A stretch of DNA of 64,000 nucleotides from an uncultured bacterium (GTDB taxonomy: Bacteria; Verrucomicrobiota; Verrucomicrobiia; Limisphaerales; UBA8199). Positions 34,305 to 44,508 of the stretch are shown here, piece by piece. The position numbers were made by a program, and so were the translations under genes. How positions within the stretch are numbered: the stretch's first letter is position 1; each line of letters opens with the position of its first letter. The stretch spans positions 544,001 through 608,000 of the forward strand of contig CAVVMW010000021.1 in the NCBI GenBank assembly GCA_963749495.1, read 5' to 3'. A model generated the notes under the pieces. The model did no database searches, was not told the DNA's origin, and worked only from the letters and a program-made list of their open reading frames with translations.

Positions 34305-35586
34305 ATGAACAAGTTCGCTTTATGTGTTGGGGTCGAGCAATACCGTGACCAGCGGATTGCCCCGTTGCGTTATGCCCGGGCGGATGCGCTGGCCCTGGCG
34401 CAACGTCTGCGTGACAAGTGCGCCTTCCACCGCGTTGTTGTTTTTGGCCGGCGAACGGGCGGATGGGGCGCCCGACCTGGTCAATATCCTGGATGCCTTG
34501 CAGAACCTGGCCGGGGAGATACGCGAAGAGGACCTGTTCCTGCTCTTTTTCTCCGGGCACGGCATCGAGGTTGACGGACGGGGCTACCTGCTCACCCAAG
34601 ACAGCCCGCAGGCCTTCCCGGAACATTGCAGCCTCTCGTTGGAGTTGCTGCGCAAGACCCTGGCCCGGCTGGAGGCCCGCCGCCGCGTCTTGTTCATCGA
34701 TGCCTGCCGCAACACGCCCCAGGCCGGCAAGGGCGACGCCGGCAACTTCATGTCCGAAGCCATCTCGAAGGACATCGTCACCACCGTCCGCTCTCAAGCC
34801 AGCCCGGCCGCCACCACGGCCATGCTCTGCGCCTGTCGTCCCGGCCAGCGCGCCTATGAATGGCCCAGCCGCCAGCACGGTGTCTTCACCCATTTCCTGC
34901 TCGAGGGTTTGGACGGCGCCGCCTGGGACCGCCAGCGGCTGGACCTGCGGAACCTGGCTCGCTACACGATGCACTCGGTCCGCTCCTGGTGTCAGCGCAC
35001 CCCGGGCATCCGCGAGATTCAGGAACCATGGTACGAAGAGGCGGGCGATGCCGAGGGGATCGTCCTCTCATCCATCGAGACCCGCCAGGTCTCGGCCCCG
35101 CCGCTGGTGGCCCCGGCCATCCGCTATCCAAACGAGCCCGTCCTGGGCTCGCCGCCACCCCTTCCCACGCCGGGCCCTCCGAGACTGCCTCAGGCCGCCC
35201 CGATCCCGACCCAAGCTGTGCCGGCGGCCACAACGCCGCCGCGGCCAAATCCAGCGCCCCCCTATGCGCGCACGGGCGCACCGCCCGGGATTCCGGGCCA
35301 AACCGCGCCCCGGGGCGACGGCCCGCCGCCGATCATCCGGAAACCTGAACCTCTCACGCCGATCGAAATGTGGCGCCAGGACAGGGGCTTCCGCATATTC
35401 CTGGTTGTACTGATATTGGCGGCCCTCTCGCTTAGCGGGCGCTTGGCGGGGCCTCCCTTCATCGAAGACACCCCCCGCTGGGTCCTCTTCGGCTGCGCTT
35501 GCGTGCTCGGCTTCCTCTTTCTGCGAGCCCAGTCTTCCCCGTCCTTTGTCGCGCCCTGGGCCTTGTCTTTGGCGCGCTCATCGTAG
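34305..35586 (+). CDS. Caspase family (peptidase C14) protein with a Pro-rich linker and two C-terminal TM helices (frameshift near 34445)
   Basis: KFALCVGVEQY..LRYARADA; LFFSGHG; FIDACR; HGVFTHFLLEGL; QEP. Confidence 0.9.
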
Positions 35587-35665
35587 TCTATCGAACCCTG
35601 CGTGGACGGAAGTGAGGGCGGACGAGGCGTCCAATGTCCAGGATTTCATGCTCGTCCCGGTGGGG

Positions 35666-36397
35666 AGCGCCAACGGCGCGGCCCATACCAGCCTGGGCCA
35701 ACGGCCCAGGCTCACCGCGTAGCGGTGCCCGATGGTAGCCGTGGACTTCCAGTCCACGGACCCATGGCCCAAGCTCGACCGCGTCGCGTAGCGACGCCTG
35801 AAAACCGCGAGGCCGTCACGCGTCGCTACGCGACGCGGGACCGTTCCCACGCCGCAAACCGTGGACCGAGGTCCTTGTCGTTACCCACAACGTCGGGTGC
35901 CCTCATGAAGCGGATCTGATGGGCGTCACGGATCCCCGAAGCACATTTCTCATCCCGGAGGGATGCCAGAAGGTAGCCGGGGGTCGAAGCGTAGCGAGAC
36001 CCCCGGTGCCGCGACGGCAAGGGATTGCATCCCGGAGGGATGCCAGAAGGCGCCCGCCGCCAACGTGTGCTCTTCTGGCACCCCGCCGGGGTGCAGGGCC
36101 ACCGACGCCCTCAACCGGGGGTTGCCGCTGGACGGCGACCCCCGGCTACCTTCTGCCAACCCTCCGGGTTGGCCGGGCGCTGCCGCCGGCTGGTATCAAG
36201 GGCGCCTTTGGCGGCTAAAACTGGCATGCTCCTCAGGCCTTTCTCCCGCCTGCTCAAAAGGGGAACTGATATGACCGCTCAGGAGATGTGGGTAAAGACA
36301 AGGACCTCGGTCCACGGCTACCTTCACTGCGTTGCTCCGCGACGCGCGCGAGCAGGGACGTTGCCCCAGGCTGGTGCGAGGCGGCGCCGTTGGCGCT
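35666..36397. mobile_element. Nested repeat structure: family B/A REPIN split by a TIR-bounded insert that contains another REPIN
   Basis: Inverse of 9214-9505, interrupted between 35870 and 36306. Confidence 0.8.
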
Positions 36398-36473
36398 GGG
36401 TTTTATGCATTTTTGACGCCTTTCGGTCTTCTTTTTATTATCCTCTCCTCGTCCTCCGGGTGAATCTTAAGGC

Positions 36474-37025
36474 ATGAAACCGGAAAGAATCCTGGTTCCC
36501 ATAGATGTCGCCAGATGCCCGCTCGAGGTCTTCGAACTGGTCAACGGCTTTGCCAAGAGACCCGAGGTCACAGTCATCCTTCTCCACGTGGTGAATCTGA
36601 ACATCGTGGCGCCGGAAAACCGGGTTTATGAGGAACTCGGCCGTCAAGCTCAATGGTATCTTGAACGACTGGCCGACAAGCATGTTCATCCGGTTGCCTC
36701 GACAACCATTCACATTCGCACTGGAAACCCCGCAGAACAGATTCTGGCGGAAGCCAGGACCGAGAGCGTGGATTTGATAATCCTGCCGACTTATGGCCCT
36801 TCCCTTTGGAGCCGGCTCAAGACCCTGTGGAAACCCCGCTCCAGCCCAATGGTCTCCGCATTGGTCGAAAAGGTGATCCGAGGGGCTGCGTGCGGGGTCT
36901 TTGTGGTTCTGGCCAAGACGCGCCTCAATTGCGAGAGGGTCTGGCGCCGGCCGGTGAGTGCAACGCGGGCTCCCGTGGCAGCGATGGCGCAGACAATCTC
37001 CCCAGGCATCGAAACGGGCCGGTAG
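36474..37025 (+). CDS. Universal stress protein
   Basis: RILVPID, VILLHVV, GNPAEQILAEA...DLIIL, VEKVIRGAACGVFVV. Confidence 0.88.
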   Translation: MKPERILVPIDVARCPLEVFELVNGFAKRPEVTVILLHVVNLNIVAPENRVYEELGRQAQWYLERLADKHVHPVASTTIHIRTGNPAEQILAEARTESVDLIILPTYGPSLWSRLKTLWKPRSSPMVSALVEKVIRGAACGVFVVLAKTRLNCERVWRRPVSATRAPVAAMAQTISPGIETGR

Positions 37026-37061
37026 AAGCCACTCATCGGCGCCCCCGCCGCGGGAGACCTC

Positions 37062-38537
37062 TCACATCTGTCTTCTTAACCGGAAAAACCTCGCCGCTCC
37101 CGAAGGTTCAACCGTGACCGATAGCCGCTCCCCTTGAACGGCGGGTTGTTCCGGGACGGGGGTCCAGGCGGGGGGCGCCAGTGCAGCAGTCGCCTCGAGC
37201 ACAAAATTGGTTTCTGCCGCCGGCCACGAGAGCGTCAGGCGGCCGTTTGAGAGTTCGCAGTCCAACGCGGGAGCTATTACCTGCCTGAAATCGCAGATGT
37301 ACGCATCCACGTTGGTCACCACCTCCACACCCTGGCGCCAATTGCTGCCGAATAAAATCCGGTCTCCTTTTCGGCTCACCGTGGCATGGGGCTCCGCCCA
37401 GTACACGCTGGTGTCGCTGTCCGGTGTCGTCGGCGAGAACCGGCGGCTGTGATGGTGTGCCAGGCGTTGCACTTGCTGGCTGCCGTCGAGCTTGACCGCG
37501 AAGATTTCGTCTTCAAACGGCAGCCAGGAAGCCGTGCTATCTGCCAGCCGGCCCACGCCGTCATACGTGCTCACAAAACACCACTCGCTCCGCTGCTCGT
37601 TGCGGCAGGAAATGTGGTTGAAAAAACTCCAGTCCATCGAACCGAGCAAAAGGGTCTCCTGACCGTCGCTCAGCCGGAACTTCTTCACCAGGGTCGTGTT
37701 CGACACGTCATCGTAGATGCCCTTCACCAGAACCTCGTCGCCGTTGGCGTCCACGCCCACGTCGCTGTGGCCTGAGCCGAGCGGCTTTTGCCACAGCCGG
37801 TTCGTGAGCGAGCGGTCATAGACCTCCACCCCTTCGAAGGGTCCGGTGACTTCGGTCGCATAATCAATCACCACGTAGTTCCCCAGGGGGGAGATCGAGA
37901 CCCAGTCGAAATCCTCCAGATTTGTGGGCAGCAACAACCGGGCGATCTCGCGCTGGGTCGCCAGGTCCATCACGACGACCGCCCGCGGGATGACGTCGCC
38001 GCTGGTTTCATCATAGTCCCGCCCGTAGACGGCATAGTAGCGTCCGTCCCGCGACAGGTTCCCCTCCCCGGCGGCATCGGCGAAATAAAAGTTGGTCATG
38101 GCGCAGACCAGCGTTTCCTCGTCCGTCAGGACATCGTGCGCGTAAAGGGAATTCTGCGGGTTGTAAAGCACGAGGTTCGTTGCGGTAGGATGCCAGAACA
38201 CGTCCTCGCTCTGCACGCTTCCAATATCTCGTTTCAACTCGTAAGTGGTTCCGTCATAAAGCCTCAAAGTGCTGTCACCGGTGCTGAGGAGCAGCAGGCT
38301 TTCATCGACATTCCAGGCCTGCCTCTTGGAGTACTGCGGACACAGGCCGGGCAAGGCCGCGGCCGCCGCGTCCGTGATGCGAAGGAGTGTCGTGCCAAAA
38401 ACAGGGTCCTTTATGGGACTTCCCGCGAGCGGTTTGGGCAGATCGGGCATCGGCAACGCCAGATGGTTGGTCACTGGCTGCGCCGAGGCATTGACCACGA
38501 TCAGCGCCAATCCAGTGAATAATGATGTTGTTTTCAT
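37062..38537 (-). CDS. Secreted beta-propeller-like protein with a C-terminal ..FFRL domain
   Basis: Signal peptide; DPVFGTTLLRITD, YSKRQAWN, HATVSRKGDRILFGSNW; C-terminal LSWP..FVLE..W..SGAARFFRLRR. Confidence 0.75.
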   Translation of the reverse strand: MKTTSLFTGLALIVVNASAQPVTNHLALPMPDLPKPLAGSPIKDPVFGTTLLRITDAAAAALPGLCPQYSKRQAWNVDESLLLLSTGDSTLRLYDGTTYELKRDIGSVQSEDVFWHPTATNLVLYNPQNSLYAHDVLTDEETLVCAMTNFYFADAAGEGNLSRDGRYYAVYGRDYDETSGDVIPRAVVVMDLATQREIARLLLPTNLEDFDWVSISPLGNYVVIDYATEVTGPFEGVEVYDRSLTNRLWQKPLGSGHSDVGVDANGDEVLVKGIYDDVSNTTLVKKFRLSDGQETLLLGSMDWSFFNHISCRNEQRSEWCFVSTYDGVGRLADSTASWLPFEDEIFAVKLDGSQQVQRLAHHHSRRFSPTTPDSDTSVYWAEPHATVSRKGDRILFGSNWRQGVEVVTNVDAYICDFRQVIAPALDCELSNGRLTLSWPAAETNFVLEATAALAPPAWTPVPEQPAVQGERLSVTVEPSGAARFFRLRRQM

Positions 38538-38792
38538 CTGTTTAGAGAGCTCGACATGAGACAAACCAAAGCGCGAAGCAGTGTCAACCAATAAACTTAT
38601 CTCGCCCGGGATGCCCAGAGGAGCACAATCGCACTTCAGCCTTGACCGAGAGTCTGTCGTGGACTAAGGTTTCGGTCGTATGCAGGTTACGCTTGCTCTG
38701 CCTGAGGCCCTGGCCCGAAGACTGGAGAGCGAACGCGCACGGGTTGCGTCTGATAACCGTCAGGCCGGCGACTATTCTGTCCTACAGCCGCC

Positions 38793-39143
38793 ATGAAACT
38801 CCCCAATGCGGACCGGGCCGTGGCGGATATTCGGAAGGTGCGCGATTATTGCCTGAATCCGGCCAGCCCGAGGGGCCAGACGAAGGCCCGGGTGTTCGAA
38901 GCTGTGCTGGGAATGACGGCGTCGGACGCCGAGCAGTTGCGGGGACAACTCTTGAGAGCGGCTGCGGAAGCGGAGTGCGTGCGCGGGGAAACGGACCAAT
39001 TCGGGCAGCGTTACAGGCTGGATTTGAAGATTGAGACAAGCAGCGGAAAGGCGTGGGTTCGCACCGGTTGGATCGTCAGAGCGGGTGAGGATTTTCCCCG
39101 GCTCACAACGTGCTATGTTTTGTTGCGAAAAAGAGTCTTATGA
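38793..39143 (+). CDS. DUF6883-like protein
   Basis: MKLPNADRAVADIRKVRDYCLNP...KARVF..LG...FGQRY...TGWI...PRLTTCYV. Confidence 0.8.
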   Translation: MKLPNADRAVADIRKVRDYCLNPASPRGQTKARVFEAVLGMTASDAEQLRGQLLRAAAEAECVRGETDQFGQRYRLDLKIETSSGKAWVRTGWIVRAGEDFPRLTTCYVLLRKRVL

Positions 39144-39379
39144 AACAAAGAAAAATTAAACTGCTGGAAGCGGTCGCATTGACGGAAGATCTGCCGGAAC
39201 GAAAACTGCGCGCTGGCGAGGTCGGCACCGTTGTGGAATTGCTCGGGCGAGACGCTTACGAGGTCGAGTTCTGCAGCGAACGCGGCGAGACCTACGCGGA
39301 AATTGCTCTGCGCGGTCGCCAGATCATTCCCTTGCACTCCCGAGGCAGGGCCCTGGCCACGGCGCTGGTGGAATGCTGA
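39140..39379 (+). CDS. DUF4926 family protein
   Basis: VALTEDLPERKLRAGEVGTVVE....AYEVEF; ATGA overlap with the upstream gene. Confidence 0.85.
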   Translation: MKQRKIKLLEAVALTEDLPERKLRAGEVGTVVELLGRDAYEVEFCSERGETYAEIALRGRQIIPLHSRGRALATALVEC

Positions 39380-39409
39380 GAAGGACGTGTCAACCTCGCC
39401 GAAGTGTAA

Positions 39410-42400
39410 TCACCGCAGCGTCATCGGCCCGACCCAGCGGGTGTTGTATTTTTCGATCCACGCGCCTTTGGATTGCGCCCGCTGCGGGAGACGATCATAG
39501 GCCTGGCCATCCATCCCGCCATAGGGCAGCGGTTCCACCCGCCAGCCCTGTGCAACGTGGAAATCCGCATCTTTGTCCCAGCCGGCCACGTGGAGGAAGA
39601 AGTCGCGCACGAAGCCGTCCGGTTTGGGCGGCAGCTTGCCGGCCTCAAAAGAAAGCGCCAGCTCGTCGCCGCCGTTCAAGAGGACCAGCGCGTCATCGCG
39701 CTTTTGAACCAGCTCATCCACCGGTCCATATCGCGTACACCAGCCGGAGGGCGTGCGCCGCCATGGGGGCGCAGGCTGGACTTTTTCATAGTCCGGAGTG
39801 AGCGGCAGATAATCCGGCAACGGCATGAATTGGCTGAACCCGCGCCAATGGAGGTCGGCACGAGCGGGCCGGAGCACCGTCTGCCGGTTCTCGGCGGCCG
39901 AGGCCCTCTCACAGAGCGAAGCCATGTCCCAGTGAATCTCGAATGCGGTGGTCAGGCGCAGGCGGCGGGCGCCGGGCGGCAGTTTCCTGTCGAGATCAAC
40001 GAGGATGGTCTTGGTCTTGCCGCAGGGCGCGCCGACATCCGTGTCCACTTTCTGCCAGGACCCATCCGGCAATTCCACTGCCAGTGACGGGAAAGGAAAC
40101 GGAAGGCTCGGATCCAGGGAGGCGGCAATGTTGGCCATGCCCCCGCCGAAGCGCAGCCAGCCGGTCAAGACCAGGACCAGCGGGCGGTCCACCGGCAGCG
40201 GGCCGAAATCCATCGTGACGGAATAGGGTTCGGCCAGGCCGCGCAGTTGCGGCTCGCGCAAGCGCGTGGGCGAAACCATGCGGCGGTCGGCCTTGGCCAG
40301 GGACTCGGTCACGTCCAGGCCGTCGCTGCGCACGGCCTCCTTGAGCGCAGCCAGGGGGCGCAGCGTCCACAGTTCGTGGGGTGGGAACGGTTTGCCCGGG
40401 AGCATTTTGCTGGTGGGGCAGACCATGGTCCCCGCGGGGTGATCCACGACCACCAGCGAGGCCTCATCCAGGTAAAGCACCTCGCGGAGTTCCTCGGTGA
40501 TGCGGACTTGGTAGGCGCCGTCCCTGGGCGGGAATTGCGGCTCGGCCCCCAGCGCAAGGAGTTCCTCCGGGTCAGCTTCGATGAAATGGGCCTTGCTGGC
40601 CGGCAGGCCGAGCGGTGAGCCGCCGAGAATGTCGGTGACAAAGGTGAACCGCCAGCCGTCCCACGCGTAAAGATACGGACACGAACCGCTGGGCGCGGTC
40701 AATTCATCCACCGTCATTGGCCCGGACTGCACCGGGACATCCACCATGGTGACCGCGAGATCGAACCAGCGAATCTTGAGCGTGTCGAGCTTGCCGTGGC
40801 GTCCGACGCCGATTTCCAGCGGGAGCCGTTGCAGCGCGCGCAGGGTGTGCCAATTGCCGGCGGCCGCTTCCAGGCGCACGCCCAGGGCGCTGGCATTGGA
40901 GCGGTTGCCCGCCAACTGCAGCTTGAGTTGTTTGTTGGCATTTCCGCCGTCGTTGCGCCAGAACTGCAAGCCGTTGGTCGAACTGAGCACCAAATCCGTG
41001 TCGCCATCGTTGTCAAAATCCGCGGCCACCAGCGCGTCCACCGGACCCACCTTGTCCAGACCGAGCTGGGCCGTGACATCCTGGAAGGCCTTGCCGAGAT
41101 TGCGCCAGACACGCAGCCCGCTGCCGTAGGCGATTACGTCCAGCCAGCCGTCGTTGTCATAATCCACGAGCAGAATTCCTTTCGCTTGAAGTCCATTCAA
41201 CGGCAAGGTCAGGGAGCCCTTAATGCCCCCGAAGATGATTTTCAGCTCGCGCTCGCCGGCGACCACGAGATCGGCGCGCAAATCGTTGTTCAAATCGCCC
41301 GTCGCCAGGACGCTTCCGGCCGGCCAATCGGCCGGTGAATTGGTCGGCGCGAAAACGCCCGCGCGCTGCTTGGGAAAGAACATCGGCGGTTTTCCGGCGC
41401 GCGTGACCAACACGCCCGGCAAATCCTCGTTGTCCCAATCTTCCACCGCCACGTGCTCGGCGCCGGCCAGGACCGCAGGCAGACCGGAATTCGTCGTGGC
41501 CTCTTTGAAGAAAAAACTCCCCAGGTTCTGATACAGGCGAAGCCCGGAGCCGTCCGGGGCAATGGCCAGCAAATCCAGTTTGCCGCTGAAATCGAGATCG
41601 GCCAGCAGCCCGTCGCGCGCCCTCAGCTCTTTCAGCCCGCAACTCGCCGTCACCTCGCGGCAGCGTCCGTTGGTTGCGAATCGGAAGGCGTGTGAGGCCA
41701 GCTCGCCCAGCACGATGACGTCCTCGTAACGGTCGTTGTTCAGGTCGCCCGCCAAACAACACCGATAGTTGGCTCCGGGTTTGCCGGGGAGCAGGTTGCC
41801 GAGCGGGTCGAAGCGCCCGTTCTGGTTTCGCAACACACGAAATCCCTTTTCGCCTTCCATCACGAACAGGCTGTTTTGCCCATCGTGATTGAGGTCCAGG
41901 ACGGCCATCGGCCCGTGGTAATTGCCCGGCGCGTCGAGGGCGCCCGCGGTGGCGTTTGAGAAGCGCACGGGGATGCCGTGCCGCTCCGGCTGCTCGAGTT
42001 TGAGAACGCTCCTGGGCTGGGTGTATTTGCAGCGTTCGAACGCGGCCAGGCCGCCCGACCCGCCCGGATGCTTTGCCAGCGCTTGCTGATGGATTCGCAT
42101 CTCGCGGGCGGCATCCTCCGCGCGGCCGGCGCGCTGGAAAATCCGGCTCAATTGATAATGAACCGAAGGATGCTCCGGTTCGAATTTGGCCACCGTTTCA
42201 AAATCGGCGATGGCGTCGTCCACCTGACCCAGTCGCGCCTGGGCCATGCCCAATTGGAAATCCAGCGCGGTCACGGCCGGATCGATCTGTTTGGATTGCT
42301 GGAACGCCTTGACTGCCTCCTCCGCCTCGTTCAAGCGCAGATGAGCGCAACCCATGACGTAATAGACCGCCCCGCTCTGATGGTCCAAAGCAAGGGCTTG

Positions 42401-42673
42401 CCGGCATTGCTCGATGGCGTTGGTGCAGTCGCCGGCCAGCAAACAGGCGTTGGCCAGGTTCAGCCGGGCATCCAGGCTCTCAGGGGCGAGCTGCACCGCG
42501 TCCTGGTAAGCGGCCACGGCGTTTGTGGCATCGCCTCTTTCCAGATAGCCATTGCCCCGGGTCATCAGGCGCGCAAAGCCGTCTTCACCTCGCTTCGTCC
42601 TGAGGATGAAGAGGGCCAGCACAACCAGGCCTAGGGCGACGAGGCCCCAAATCAGGCGTTTGAGTGTTGTCAT
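39410..42673 (-). CDS. TPR + FG-GAP + ASPIC/UnbV-like protein
   Basis: N-terminal TM anchor, TPR helices, DxDxDG loops, NASALGVRL, GSCPYLYAWDG, GWDKDAD. Confidence 0.85.
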   Translation of the reverse strand: MTTLKRLIWGLVALGLVVLALFILRTKRGEDGFARLMTRGNGYLERGDATNAVAAYQDAVQLAPESLDARLNLANACLLAGDCTNAIEQCRQALALDHQSGAVYYVMGCAHLRLNEAEEAVKAFQQSKQIDPAVTALDFQLGMAQARLGQVDDAIADFETVAKFEPEHPSVHYQLSRIFQRAGRAEDAAREMRIHQQALAKHPGGSGGLAAFERCKYTQPRSVLKLEQPERHGIPVRFSNATAGALDAPGNYHGPMAVLDLNHDGQNSLFVMEGEKGFRVLRNQNGRFDPLGNLLPGKPGANYRCCLAGDLNNDRYEDVIVLGELASHAFRFATNGRCREVTASCGLKELRARDGLLADLDFSGKLDLLAIAPDGSGLRLYQNLGSFFFKEATTNSGLPAVLAGAEHVAVEDWDNEDLPGVLVTRAGKPPMFFPKQRAGVFAPTNSPADWPAGSVLATGDLNNDLRADLVVAGERELKIIFGGIKGSLTLPLNGLQAKGILLVDYDNDGWLDVIAYGSGLRVWRNLGKAFQDVTAQLGLDKVGPVDALVAADFDNDGDTDLVLSSTNGLQFWRNDGGNANKQLKLQLAGNRSNASALGVRLEAAAGNWHTLRALQRLPLEIGVGRHGKLDTLKIRWFDLAVTMVDVPVQSGPMTVDELTAPSGSCPYLYAWDGWRFTFVTDILGGSPLGLPASKAHFIEADPEELLALGAEPQFPPRDGAYQVRITEELREVLYLDEASLVVVDHPAGTMVCPTSKMLPGKPFPPHELWTLRPLAALKEAVRSDGLDVTESLAKADRRMVSPTRLREPQLRGLAEPYSVTMDFGPLPVDRPLVLVLTGWLRFGGGMANIAASLDPSLPFPFPSLAVELPDGSWQKVDTDVGAPCGKTKTILVDLDRKLPPGARRLRLTTAFEIHWDMASLCERASAAENRQTVLRPARADLHWRGFSQFMPLPDYLPLTPDYEKVQPAPPWRRTPSGWCTRYGPVDELVQKRDDALVLLNGGDELALSFEAGKLPPKPDGFVRDFFLHVAGWDKDADFHVAQGWRVEPLPYGGMDGQAYDRLPQRAQSKGAWIEKYNTRWVGPMTLR

Positions 42674-42687
42674 AGGGCCAATAAGGT

Positions 42688-42784
42688 ATGTGCCGTCCGA
42701 TAGCAGACAAATATCCCGGCGCTACAGGTGAAATACGCCGGCACCCTACCATAATCGAGCTTCGAGGCAACGTAAAACGGTGAA
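42688..42784 (-). promoter_or_regulatory. Conserved promoter/5' leader, copy 1 (copy 2 at 49313-49410)
   Basis: Minus strand TTGCCT-N16-TAGGGT, then ccggcgtatttcacctgtagcgccgg. Confidence 0.65.
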
Positions 42785-42934
42785 GAGAAACGCTCCAGTC
42801 GGCCCTCGGTGTCCTCTGGGTGCGGCGCTGCTTCAGAAACCACGGAAACCGTCTCGGCCCGGGCCGTCCTCGGGAATCCGCCATTCGCTCAGGAGCCGGT
42901 CCACTCGCAGCCGGCCATTCGTAGCTCACATTTC

Positions 42935-43313
42935 TTAGTACCCGAACCACGTGCAAGCGGGCCACGCGGGAGAAGGCACCGTCCCGGCTCACCAACCGGT
43001 GTCCCCAGACGCGGGCCGTGCCGGCAATCCAACTGTCATTCTCGCCCAGCCTGGCGCCGGCACCAGCCAATTCGCGCTGAATCCGGCTGGCCTCCCATGC
43101 GACCTGCTGCGGGAGCGCAAGAACCCGCACCCCGCACAGGAATCGGCGCAACCCCTCGTACGCAGGGAAGCCCTCGGCCAATTCGCCCCAGGTCACAATC
43201 GAAATGTACAGCTCCGACGCGCGGTTTCGCGCGATAAAGTCGCTCGCCGGTCCACGCTCTCCTGCGCGCCGCTCCTGCAGCAGGTCCACCCAAAAGGTCG
43301 TATCAGTCAGCAC
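42935..43313 (-). CDS. VapC/PIN-domain toxin (an extra G near the 3' end hides the probable stop)
   Basis: MLTDTTFWVDL, ISIVTWGELAEG, LGENDSWIAGTA, LVSRDGAF. Confidence 0.88.
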
Positions 43314-43533
43314 AGTTGGCCTTCTGTTTTCGCCGCCTCACCTTCTCCAGGGCATCATAATCGACGTTCACCGGACCGTCCAGGTCGGCCAGGTGCCTTT
43401 CCAGGTCGCCAAACGTACGAATGGGGCGCGGCACAAAGCGCAGGATGACCTGGCTAAGGCTGTCTTGCTTGCCCTGTTTTTGGGCCATCAAGGCCGCGTA
43501 GGCCTCCTCGCTGAGTGTCGCGGGCTTGCTCAT
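43303..43533 (-). CDS. VapB-type antitoxin (RHH-like)
   Basis: MSKPATLSEEAYAALMAQKQG..SLSQVILR; overlaps the toxin start. Confidence 0.8.
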   Translation of the reverse strand: MSKPATLSEEAYAALMAQKQGKQDSLSQVILRFVPRPIRTFGDLERHLADLDGPVNVDYDALEKVRRRKQKANCAD

Positions 43534-43534
43534 A

Positions 43535-43547
43535 TATATCGAATATA
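43535..43547 (-). promoter_or_regulatory. Putative vapBC operator palindrome next to the start codon
   Basis: TATAT-CGA-ATATA overlapping a TATATT -10-like box. Confidence 0.45.
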
Positions 43548-43805
43548 CAGCCCCGCGATCTCGTAGCAAAGCCCAAACCGGGGATGTCGTTGTCCCTGTA
43601 GGACGCCTCCTTTCATGATGGTACGTCCAGCGCGGCAGGGTTTTTGGCAAAAATGAGCGCCTGGATGCGGACCGGCGCCACCGCCTCTGTCCCGCCGCTC
43701 GCGCAGTTGCGGGCTCAAATGCCACACACCTTCCCGGATGGTCAGCCTGAAGCCCTTGCGTGAATCGTCCTAGAGAGATCCACCTCAGAAGCCGGGGTGG
43801 AATAA

Positions 43806-43967
43806 GCCGCGAAAAAGCGCAAAAGACGCAAAAAGGGAAAGAATTGCCCCGATGAGGCCGCCAGGGCGGCTGGCCGCGCCTGCCGGGCTCAGCGCGTACT
43901 TCCTGATCTCGAACTAATGTCTTGCATAGCTGATTCCTTTTTTGCGTCTTTTGCGCTTTTTCGCGGC
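43806..43967. repeat. Long inverted repeat
   Basis: gccgcgaaaaagcgcaaaagacgcaaaaag ... tttttgcgtcttttgcgctttttcgcggc. Confidence 0.85.
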
Positions 43968-44025
43968 AGAATTCCGTCTGTGCCCTTAGATGGCACAGGT
44001 CTTCATTATGCTGGCGCGTGGTTCA

Positions 44026-44508
44026 ATGCAAGTTTATCGCGCCAGAAATCCGAAAAAGTCGCCGCTCGGGCATTCTGCGCACCGCCATTATGAGGAGTTC
44101 ACGGAGATTTACGCGGAGGCTGGTACAGCAACAAGATGCGTGGCGTCCGCCACCGAGGGCTGCCGCCGGAACTGGCCCCCCACCGGCCAGGCGCCTCCCC
44201 GCCGCCGCCCCTCAGGCTCCCGTCAAAGAAATGGCGCGACCTGACTTGTCCCGCCGTAGCTCCAGCGAAGGCGGATCCGGCGCGTCTGGCATGTTGATGC
44301 CCTCCCCTGTCACGTCTGCCAAAACCCGATGCGCGTCATCGCGGTGATTGACAACGCGCGCGTGGTCGAGAAGATCCTTCGCCGCCTCCCCGCCTGGCGC
44401 GATCCGACCGCCGGCCCCTCCCCACCCGGCGCTCCACGGCCTTATACCTAGGAACCCTGTGACGACGTGGATTCGCCCCCCGATTACGAAAACGTGCTCA
44501 CGGATTGA
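44026..44508 (+). mobile_element. Internally deleted IS91-family transposase remnant
   Basis: N-terminal YRARNPKKSPL..HYEEF joined to C-terminal GWYSNKMRG, PSKKWRDL and WHVDALPCHVCQNPMRVIAVIDNARVVEKILRRL. Confidence 0.7.

Noticed and set aside
42585..42935. C-terminally extended VapC (242 aa)
   Set aside because: Removing one G gives VVRY-stop at normal PIN-domain length; the extension is low-quality sequence running into the next gene.
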